64,000 bases of DNA, from positions 6,784-70,783 of the forward strand of contig JBGSKF010000116.1 in assembly GCA_041741375.1 (NCBI GenBank). Direction: 5' to 3'. Both the position numbers and the translations under genes were made by a program. Shown here in pieces: positions 39,369 to 46,730 of this stretch. The DNA comes from Gemmatimonadales bacterium (lineage in GTDB: Bacteria > Gemmatimonadota > Gemmatimonadetes > Gemmatimonadales > GWC2-71-9). A model generated the notes under the pieces. The model was not told where the DNA came from, did not search any database, and was given only the letters and a program-made list of their open reading frames with translations. Position 1 is the first letter of the stretch, and each line of letters opens with the position of its first letter.

Positions 39369-39930
39369 CCCCGGCGGACGCCGAGGTCCATGGGAGGTGT
39401 GAGGTGTGACGTAGGGGCGAAATACCTTTCGCCCGTGAGGGCGAATGAATCACGCGAAGACGCGAAGACGCGAAGACAAAAAGGACGTCGGGGCACGGAG
39501 CCCACCTCGGAGCGTCACCCCGGCGCACGCCGGGGTCCATTGGATGTGTGATGTGTGACGTAAGGGCGAAAGACCTTTCGCCCGTGATGGTGAATGGATC
39601 ACACGAAGACACGAAGACACGAAGGAGAGCGAGATCTCGATCGTTCCCCGGAGCGTCATCCCGAGCGGAAGCGAGGGATCTGAGGACGTCGTAGGTGTAC
39701 TTCCCGTCGTCCGGACGACGATGCTGGAGGGCGCCGAGGTCGGTCACGGTGTGGGGTGTGACGTGGGGAGGCCTTGCGCTGTGATGGTGAATGGATCACA
39801 CGAAGGCACGAAGACACGAAGACACGAAGGAGAGCGAGATCTCGATCGTTCCCCGGAGCGTCATCCCGAACGGAAGCGAGGGATCTGAGAACGTCGTAGG
39901 TGTACTTCCCATCGTCCGGGCTCGTTGCTT
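39369..39930. repeat. Mosaic tandem repeat block built from several small palindromic units and 7/8-mer arrays
   Basis: Two A units (39369-39490 and 39518-39633, period about 149 nt): cggagcgtcaCCCCGGCGnaCGCCGgGGtcc..(gtgtga)2cgtaGGGCGAAAnaCCTTTCGCCCgtga..(acgMgaag)3. Two B units (39634-39735 and 39839-39930): agagcgagatctcgatcgttccccggagcgtcatcccgaRcggaagcgagggatctgag..gtaggtgtacttccc. A partial A unit lies between them. Confidence 0.85.
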
Positions 39931-40305
39931 CCAAGGAATCTCTGATCACACCCCCTGTCCGCGAAAGCGAGGCGTGTTGGAGGTGTGGAGGAGGAGGTCC
40001 CCCTGTGTCAGGATAGTTGTCGCGTCACCCCCCCCCCACTTTGTGAAATATTTCACAAGCGACCTTCCCAAGCCCCTGTTTGATCGTCGTCCCCGCGTGC
40101 GTGGGAAACAGGAGCCAAGTCCGGGGGCACCTGCCCATGGCTCTTGGGCGCTACCGCAAGTGCATGCCGTACAGTGTGTTAAGAGATAGTTCAAGGTCCG
40201 ATCCCATCTTTCTGTCGTGCCACTCCGGAGAGGTGATGCTGTCAGAGCCTCCGGGGGACGGCGGACGCGCAAGTCCAGGATGAACCGATCCGGAGAGGGA
40301 GAATC

Positions 40306-40710
40306 ATGCCCGCATGCTGGGATCAGGTGGTACAGGCGGTTCAAAACCTGTGGCCAATGTTCGCGGAGTGCCGGTTGGGGTTCTCGCGAGCGGCGGCAGC
40401 CCGGATCCTGGGGTGTGCCTCGGGTCAGGCGCTCGATCGTGACTTCAGGCAGCGCCGTCTGCCGCCGTTCCGGGTTCTGCGGGACTGGATCTACTTGGTG
40501 CTCCTGCTGGAGCAGGATGCGACGGGAATCTCCTTGTCAGGGTGGGTGAAGAAGCAGAATGGAAATCCGGCGACGTATTATCGGTTTGTGCTCCAGCTGA
40601 CAGGACTCACCTGGGGTGAGGTCAAGAAGCACGGTGTGGCGTGGGCCCGGGCGGAAGCATGCCGTCACTGGGGCCCATATCTTGCCCCTCCCTCCCTCCC
40701 TCCCTCCTGA
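40306..40710 (+). CDS. Hypothetical protein, possibly with a helix-turn-helix
   Basis: GGAGAGGGAG lies upstream of the ATG. First gene of the lower-GC island. The segment NPATYYRFVLQLTGLTWGEVKK vaguely resembles an AraC-type HTH. Weak evidence. Confidence 0.4.
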   Translation: MPACWDQVVQAVQNLWPMFAECRLGFSRAAAARILGCASGQALDRDFRQRRLPPFRVLRDWIYLVLLLEQDATGISLSGWVKKQNGNPATYYRFVLQLTGLTWGEVKKHGVAWARAEACRHWGPYLAPPSLPPS

Positions 40711-40850
40711 TCATCCGGGAGAACCGGGAGAATATGACTCCACCAAGTGATAACACCTCTGCGGGCAATTACCGCATCTTTGGAATGCGTTCATGGGGCA
40801 GCCGGGGAGGGGAACGGAGAACTACACTTTCTTGCAAACGGAGGGTCAGT

Positions 40851-41108
40851 ATGACGAACATCACTACTAGTCGTAGGGTCTACCTCGCGGCCTTGGTGGC
40901 GGCGAACCTCTTCCTCGCGTGGACCATGCTGAGTTCTGGGCGCGAGGCCACTGCGCAGCCTATTCTCGATGCCTGCACCGGGTCAGGCTGCAACTGTGCC
41001 AATGAAGGCACGCGCGGGGGGTGGTGTGCCACCATCGGGTCTGGCAGTACGTGTGGCTTCAGCGGGTCGGAATCAAGCGACTGTACCAAGCCGCGCTTGG
41101 TTGAGTGA
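40851..41108 (+). CDS. Small secreted Cys-rich peptide (85 aa, 6 Cys in the mature part)
   Basis: GGAGG lies 6 nt upstream of the ATG at 40851, inside track ORF 40641-41108. Signal RRVYLAALVAANLFLAWTMLSSGREATAQ, then PILDACTGSGCNCANEGTRGGWCATIGSGSTCGFSGSESSDCTKPRLVE. The stop overlaps the next start (GTGA). Confidence 0.55.
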   Translation: MTNITTSRRVYLAALVAANLFLAWTMLSSGREATAQPILDACTGSGCNCANEGTRGGWCATIGSGSTCGFSGSESSDCTKPRLVE

Positions 41109-41659
41109 AGGGCGACTCCCTCCGCGCGACCGTCGGGTTGTTATCTATTCTGGTGGTCGCACAGGTGGGCCTATGGGGGTGGCAGAGGTGGCATCGGCCT
41201 CTGTCGCTCCTTGGGCCACTGATCGGCAAGCCTCTTCCGGACGTGGGAATCAGGATGTTCAAGGGCGGAACTGCCATTCGCCTCACGGACATCCAGAAAC
41301 AACATCCGATGACCTGCGCGCTTGTGGTCGTAGCCAGTGCCGGCTGTGCCACGTGTCGCAGAATGCGCTATTCCTGGGGAGAGCGATTCCGCATCTGGAG
41401 AGATTCTGTCGGGACTGAGATTGGCGCGACATGGATTACAGCAGGCGACTCGGTTCAGGTCGCGGAGTTCTATGGCGGTTTCACGCTTGGCGATGCAACA
41501 CTGGGTTATGTGCTTCCTCACATGTCGTTAGAGTCCTTGGGCGTGGTGGGAACCCCGATGACATACCTGCTGGATGTCAGGGGAACCTTCCGTGGAGCGT
41601 ATTTGGGGGACCACTTCCCGTCTCTGGACTCTGGTCGAACCGCATGCCAAGACACCTGA
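41105..41659 (+). CDS. Membrane-anchored thioredoxin-fold protein (TlpA-like), CATC active site
   Basis: TM anchor VGLLSILVVAQVGLWGW. VVVASAGCATCRRM (CxxC). cis-Pro-type region LGVVGTPMTYLLDVRG. Confidence 0.7.
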   Translation: MKGDSLRATVGLLSILVVAQVGLWGWQRWHRPLSLLGPLIGKPLPDVGIRMFKGGTAIRLTDIQKQHPMTCALVVVASAGCATCRRMRYSWGERFRIWRDSVGTEIGATWITAGDSVQVAEFYGGFTLGDATLGYVLPHMSLESLGVVGTPMTYLLDVRGTFRGAYLGDHFPSLDSGRTACQDT

Positions 41660-42918
41660 TGCCAGTTGGAGCCCACCGCGCCTCCGTCCGATCAGTTGCG
41701 CTGGTCCTGCTTGGTATGGGATGTCTTGATGCAGGAGAAACGTCCATAGATCCATCGACGCTCCCTGAGCTTCATGTGACCGGCCAGGTGACTGGTAACC
41801 AGAGGTTTAGGATATCGAGCGCAACCGCGACAGACTCGTGTGGAATCGTGGTTGTTGGGCGCGATTGGGGTACTGCAGTTAGCGTTATGCCCGAGAATCC
41901 GAACGGTGGCGCGGGCACCGTGACTCGTCTACCAGGTTACCCCGAGGGGGCGAATGTAGCGAGAAGCGGGAACCATGAGGTGGTCTACTGGTACGAGGAG
42001 CCGGAAGGGTGGGGGATGGTCTTGGGAGGGGACGATGCACGACCGTTTAGCCCGCCTGAGCATCCTTGGGGAGGCCTGGCTATTGGCCCAGTGGTGCCCC
42101 TCTCGGCCGGTCGTTTCGCCATGGCGATATTCGGCGGCACCAAGGGTCGGCGAATGCCCGAGAAGTCGTCACACACGCCACTGGTCTTGATCGTGGATTC
42201 GAGTGGTGAAAGCATTGGACGCGTGGGTGAGCTGAAAAGCGGCAGGGGGCACTATCGGCCGTCATTGATGGCAAAGTCAATCGTGGGAGCTGTCGGAGAC
42301 ACTGTTCTGGTACTGACCTTCCAGGACGCAACCCTCACCGCCTATGATGTCACAGCAGGCGGTACCGCCGACAGGGCCTTATGGTCGGAGGAGCTGCCGC
42401 GATACATCAGCACGAGTGACCCCCGTGAGGAAGTCATGGACGCACCGTGGGTCGTCAACGCTCCGTGGTCGGTCGTGTCTCTTCCGCAGGTGACTGTGGC
42501 CGCCTTTGATCGGTTCGGCAATGTTTACGCGATCCGTCCTACGTCAAGACGGAGGACCATCGGTGGCGGGGGTGGGTTCGAGATTAAGCGCCAGTGGGTC
42601 GGGGCGAACCACATCCTGGAGATGTTCGACCTAAGAGGGCGGGTGAAAGGTAGATATCGGCTGCCGAGTGGCCTTCTGGGGTGGTTGAATGTCGCTCCCA
42701 ATGGACGGATCTTCCTCCTGACCGCGACCGACTCTTTGACTGCGACCAATTCTCTACTTCTCGTTGACAACCCCCTGCTGCCTGATCAATGCTCTGGAGT
42801 TCCCGAGACGGTGCACATCCTGTCGCACGACACTCCTCCGGCCGAAGGCTACAATTCCTCCGCGTTCCGTGACCGGGAGACACGCCTCACTCGGTCGTTG
42901 GTTCCGGTACCGCGATGA
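41644..42918 (+). CDS. Lipoprotein, divergent beta-propeller-like (same operon as 42915-44189)
   Basis: Lipobox VALVLLGMGC. ATG at 41644, with an alternative at 41659 forming TGATG with the upstream stop. Repetitive beta-rich body. Only weak similarity to the next gene. Confidence 0.55.
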   Translation: MPRHLMPVGAHRASVRSVALVLLGMGCLDAGETSIDPSTLPELHVTGQVTGNQRFRISSATATDSCGIVVVGRDWGTAVSVMPENPNGGAGTVTRLPGYPEGANVARSGNHEVVYWYEEPEGWGMVLGGDDARPFSPPEHPWGGLAIGPVVPLSAGRFAMAIFGGTKGRRMPEKSSHTPLVLIVDSSGESIGRVGELKSGRGHYRPSLMAKSIVGAVGDTVLVLTFQDATLTAYDVTAGGTADRALWSEELPRYISTSDPREEVMDAPWVVNAPWSVVSLPQVTVAAFDRFGNVYAIRPTSRRRTIGGGGGFEIKRQWVGANHILEMFDLRGRVKGRYRLPSGLLGWLNVAPNGRIFLLTATDSLTATNSLLLVDNPLLPDQCSGVPETVHILSHDTPPAEGYNSSAFRDRETRLTRSLVPVPR

Positions 42919-44189
42919 AACGCCGACAGTCAGTTCCCTTCCGTTCAAACCAGAGCAATTGCGGAGTCGCTCTTGTGACACTGGTCCTCATTGCCTGTGG
43001 CCCGGATGGCGCGAGGCACGAGGACCGCTCCAGTCCGCGTTCCCAGTTTGATAGCGAGATGGGGACTCTTGTGATCGAGAATTCAGCGCCTCTCTGGCGG
43101 CTTGGAGAGGAATGGCAGGTCGACACGGTTCCCACGGTGGCGATCGGGGCGGTGAGTGGCGGCCACGGCCCGGATCTCATGCGGGTGGGAGACATTGTCC
43201 CTCTGAGTGACGGCAGGATCGTTGTCCAGAACAGCGGGACCAGCGAGCTTCTCCTTTACGACTCCAGCGGCATGTTTCTTCAGGCGGTCGGCCGCCCCGG
43301 CCGAGGTCCCGGGGAACTGTCCGGCATGCTGCGCCTGTTCCGATGTGGTGGCGATACTTTGCTGGTAACAGAAGCGAACGCTATCAGTGTCTTCAGCCCA
43401 TCAGGGCACTTCGTTCGGAGCCATCGCGTTTCGTGGTCCCCAGGGTACGATCGTCACGAGATTGGAGGCGTCGCCGCGGACTGTTCCATAGGGCTCACCG
43501 TTTACCGGGAGCCGAGGGCTCCCGGCACGAGCGTGTACTACCACAGATACGTTTTCTCCCGGGAGTCGGGAACGCGCGCCAAATCGAATATCGGCTCGTT
43601 CGCCGGCCCGGATCTGGTCCCGCTCTCGGGGCCTTGGGCCATCAATCCTGTCCCCCAGCCCTTCGGCCGGGAGGATCTCTGGACGGTGACAGGGGATCAG
43701 ATGGTGATCGTGCCGAGCGACACGGCGGAACTGCGCACCTGGGGTGACGCCGGCAAACTCACTCGGGTCGTCCGATGGAATGCTCGTCCAGAGCCGGTGG
43801 GCGAGGCGGATCGCGAGCGATTCGCCAGAGAGAGTGAAGAGTTCCTCCGCCTGAATCCCGAGGAGGCTCCTCTTTTCCCTCCGCTGGAACAACTCTCGCC
43901 GCCGACCCACAAGCCCCTGTTTTCTCGTGTACTGGCGGATGACGAACAGACCCTCTGGATCCGCGAGTATCCGGTGTCCGCAGCGGGCCGCCCGTGGCTG
44001 CGCCGGCCCCGGGAGGGCGATCCCCCGGAGGAGTGGACCGTGATCGATTCGACGGGCCGCTGGCTCGGCGTGGTCCGGATTCCGGGCGGCGTGGAAGTCA
44101 AGGCGATCCAAGCGAGGCGCATCCTCGGAATCGCCCGCGATGCCGACGATGTGGAAGAGGTGAGGGTCTACCGGATAATCAGGGAATAG
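42915..44189 (+). CDS. Lipoprotein of the 6-bladed beta-propeller (TolB-like, GxGPGE motif) type
   Basis: ATGA overlap with the previous gene. Lipobox LVTLVLIAC. Motif GRPGRGPGELSGM. It is a paralog of 46731-47981 and shares its last 60 nt almost exactly. The stop TAG sits inside the heptad array. Confidence 0.7.
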   Translation: MKRRQSVPFRSNQSNCGVALVTLVLIACGPDGARHEDRSSPRSQFDSEMGTLVIENSAPLWRLGEEWQVDTVPTVAIGAVSGGHGPDLMRVGDIVPLSDGRIVVQNSGTSELLLYDSSGMFLQAVGRPGRGPGELSGMLRLFRCGGDTLLVTEANAISVFSPSGHFVRSHRVSWSPGYDRHEIGGVAADCSIGLTVYREPRAPGTSVYYHRYVFSRESGTRAKSNIGSFAGPDLVPLSGPWAINPVPQPFGREDLWTVTGDQMVIVPSDTAELRTWGDAGKLTRVVRWNARPEPVGEADRERFARESEEFLRLNPEEAPLFPPLEQLSPPTHKPLFSRVLADDEQTLWIREYPVSAAGRPWLRRPREGDPPEEWTVIDSTGRWLGVVRIPGGVEVKAIQARRILGIARDADDVEEVRVYRIIRE

Positions 44190-44231
44190 GGAGTAGGGAA
44201 TAGGTGGTAGGGGCCGTTCGCGAACGGCCCC
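44182..44231 (+). repeat. Composite element: G-heptads (GGGAATA GGGAGTA GGGAATA GGTGGTA) plus the perfect palindrome GGGGCCGTTCGCGAACGGCCCC
   Basis: Heptads run from 44182. The 22-nt palindrome lies at 44210-44231. Confidence 0.9.
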
Positions 44232-44344
44232 TGGCACCTATCCCAAAAACCCAACACCCGAAACACAGCACCTGACATCCGATACCGGCCGCCGCGAGGA
44301 CGACCACCTTCCGCGTACTCGTCCCCCCGATGTCAGATCGGCTG

Positions 44345-44922
44345 TCAGATCGGCCGGAACAGGTTCTCCAGATCGATCACCAGGGCCTCGCCCGCCCCGG
44401 AGGGATGCCAGCGGACCGCCGTGCGCTCGATGGCGGGCGTGACGACCTCCGGAGTCCAGACCTCCACCGCCTTGGCCTCGGCGTCCACCAGCCAGTAAAG
44501 CGGGACGGCCCACCTGCGCGAGCCGCCTTGGGTACTCGTCGGCGCCGTTGCACGGGCCGTTCGCGAACGGCCCGTACAGTCTCCTGACATCCGATCCAGC
44601 CGCTGCGCGGGGGGCTCTGCGCGTTGCCCCTGACCCCGCCTCAGATCGGCCGGAACAGGTTCTCCAGATCGATCACCAGGGCCTCGCCCGCTCCGGAGGG
44701 ATGCCAACGGACCGCCGTGCGCTCGATGCTCGGGGTGACAGTCTCCGGAGTCCAGACCTCCACCACCTTCCGGTCGGCGTCGACCAGCCAGTAGAGCAGG
44801 ACGGCCCACCTGCGCGAGCCGCCTTGGGTACGCGTCGGCGCCGTTGCACGGGCCGTTCGCGAACGGCCCGTACAGCCTCCTGACATCCGATCCAGCCGCT
44901 GCGCGGGGAGTCCCTGACCCCC
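44345..44922 (-). pseudogene. Two tandem truncated copies of the Uma2 endonuclease 3' end, each with a hairpin-containing spacer
   Basis: Units at 44345-44640 and 44641-44922 each start with tcagatcggccggaacaggttctccagatcgatcaccagggcctcgcccg..., which is about 160 nt nearly identical to the 3' end of 44923-45465. They encode ...LYWLVDA..VEVWTPE.VTP.IERTAVRWHPSGAGEALVIDLENLFRPI. About 125 nt of spacer then follows, carrying ACGGGCCGTTCGCGAACGGCCCGT (44552-44575 and 44848-44871). Confidence 0.8.
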
Positions 44923-45465
44923 TCAGATCGGCCGGAACAGCTTCTCCAGATCGATCACCAGGGCCTCGCCCGCTCCGGAGGGATGCCAACGGACCGCCGT
45001 GCGCTCGATGCTCGGGGTGACAGTCTCCGGAGTCCAGACCTCCACCACCTTCCGGTCGGCGTCGACCAGCCAGTAGAGCGGGACGCCCACCTCCCGGTAG
45101 AGCCGCCGCTTGGTGACACGTTCCTGGCGGGCGCTGGAGGGACTCACCACCTCGACCACCAGGAGAAGAGTCTTGATACTGTCCCACGACAGCGCACGGG
45201 CTTCGGTCCGATCCGCCACGAGCAGGTCGGGAATCACCAGCGTGTCGTCCGACCAGGAGATGTCGCCCCCCGTAGCCCCGACTCCCACCGGAAACCGTTC
45301 GAGATAACCGGCGATGGCGTGGGTCAGCCGGAAGAGTACGAACTGGTGCCAGGCCCGCGGCGCAGGAGTCACCAGAAGCTCCCCGTGCACGGTCTCGTAC
45401 CTGTTGCCGTCCTCCGGCAGGTCCAGGACCATGGCCGCGGTGAAGTACGAGAGAGACATGCCCAT
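44923..45465 (-). CDS. Uma2-family (DUF820) putative endonuclease
   Basis: MGMSLSYFTAAMVLDLPEDGNRYETVHGELLVTPAP...PDLLVAD...LLVVEVVSPSSARQERVTKRRLYREVGVPLYWLVD. The PD-(D/E)xK-like core is typical of Uma2. Confidence 0.8.
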   Translation of the reverse strand: MGMSLSYFTAAMVLDLPEDGNRYETVHGELLVTPAPRAWHQFVLFRLTHAIAGYLERFPVGVGATGGDISWSDDTLVIPDLLVADRTEARALSWDSIKTLLLVVEVVSPSSARQERVTKRRLYREVGVPLYWLVDADRKVVEVWTPETVTPSIERTAVRWHPSGAGEALVIDLEKLFRPI

Positions 45466-45844
45466 AGTATCGGCTCGGCGAAGGGGGGTTGGCAAGACAT
45501 CTCCCCACGATGCCGAAGGCGCCATCCACAGCGGTAACCCGATTCACGCAGAGCAGGGCATTTCGATGCGGATCGCCACCCCATCGGAACCACAGGGCCG
45601 GGCCAACCGATCCTTTGGCGTGAGGGCCGTTTGCGAGCGGCCCCTACAGCCTATCGCCAACCGCCAACCGGCTGTTCCAAAACCGAACACCCAAAACCCA
45701 CTACCTGATGTCCGATGCCAGCCGCCGCGGCCACAGGTGAGTGCCGTGCGGAGCAGTAGGATTCAGGCTCGCCGCGAAGACGGGGCGCGGGGTATCGATC
45801 TGGGGAGCCAGATGTTGTACCGCCTACGCTCGAGTGGAGTGTCG

Positions 45845-46405
45845 TCAGACTGGGGAGAACAGCATCTCCATCTCCAACGCAAACGAGGTTCGGGCACCTG
45901 CGGGATGCCAGCGGAGGACGTCCTCAACCTCCACCGGTTTCCTGGCACCGGGTGTCCAGCTCTCCCCTGTGTGCGCCATCGGGTCGATCACCCAATAGAG
46001 CGGAACCCCCGCCTCCTGATACAACCGTCGCTTGGCTCCCCGGTCTCCCCGGTGACTCCCGGGCGAGAGGACCTCCGCCACCAGCAGGAGGGTCTGCACC
46101 CGCCGCCAGTCGAGCGTCTTGATCTCGTCCCACGGCGCCACGAAGACGTCGGGTTGTACCAGGGAGTCCGGCCCCCAGGAGATGTCGGCGGGGAGTGCGA
46201 AGGCCATGTCCACCGGTTCTGTGGCGAGATACCGCTTGAGTGCATCCGCCAGCCGGTCCACCACGATCTGATGCCAGAGCGAGGGCGCCGGAGTCACGAC
46301 GAGTTCCCCGTGGGCCGTTTCGTACCGGCACCCATCCGGGGGGAGACCAAGGACCATCTCTGCGGTCCAGAACTCGGGGAGCGGGGACAAGGCAGGCATG
46401 CCCAT
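45845..46405 (-). CDS. Uma2-family (DUF820) putative endonuclease, second paralog
   Basis: MGMPALSPLPEFWTAEMVLGLPPDGCRYETAHGELVVTPAP...QPDVFVAP...LLVAEVLSPGSHRGDRGAKRRLYQEAGVPLYWVID. Confidence 0.8.
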   Translation of the reverse strand: MGMPALSPLPEFWTAEMVLGLPPDGCRYETAHGELVVTPAPSLWHQIVVDRLADALKRYLATEPVDMAFALPADISWGPDSLVQPDVFVAPWDEIKTLDWRRVQTLLLVAEVLSPGSHRGDRGAKRRLYQEAGVPLYWVIDPMAHTGESWTPGARKPVEVEDVLRWHPAGARTSFALEMEMLFSPV

Positions 46406-46730
46406 ACGTTCGTCTCGGCGGTGGAGGTTGTGCAAGGGGGGTGGGGTGGGTGTTGGGTGTCGGGTGTTGGGGGTTGGTGAGCAGGATGGCGGGGCCATTC
46501 TCAAGAATCGCCCGGGATCGTCCGGATCCGATCACCGTTTCGGCTCACCGATGACCCGGAAAACGCGGTGTCCCCCGGCCTCGATTGGTGCTCCCCGGGG
46601 CTGATGCCCCTTGCTGGCGCCTGCTACCTTCCGTCGTACGGCCACCGAGTTCGGGATCCAAAGGTCGGACCTCCGGCGTTCCCTGGGAGCGGGCGGTTGG
46701 TCCACTTCGACTCAGAGAGAACAGAAACCG

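Noticed and set aside
39369-39930. Possible CRISPR array (regularly recurring sequence blocks downstream of uvrA).
   Set aside because: The units are 100-150 nt, not 25-40 nt. There are no unique spacers of constant length between identical short repeats. No cas genes are nearby. The block is better described as a mosaic of palindromic mini-elements.
39950-44189. Prophage, integrative element or IS as the explanation for the lower-GC island.
   Set aside because: No integrase, transposase, phage structural gene, tRNA target or clear direct-repeat att sites could be found by eye. Only the composition shift and the flanking repeat elements support horizontal origin.
44345-45547. 400-aa minus-strand ORF that looks like one large gene.
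   Set aside because: It is a read-through artefact created by the tandem Uma2 3' fragments and their spacers being open in one frame. Only 44923-45465 has a complete Uma2 domain with a plausible start.
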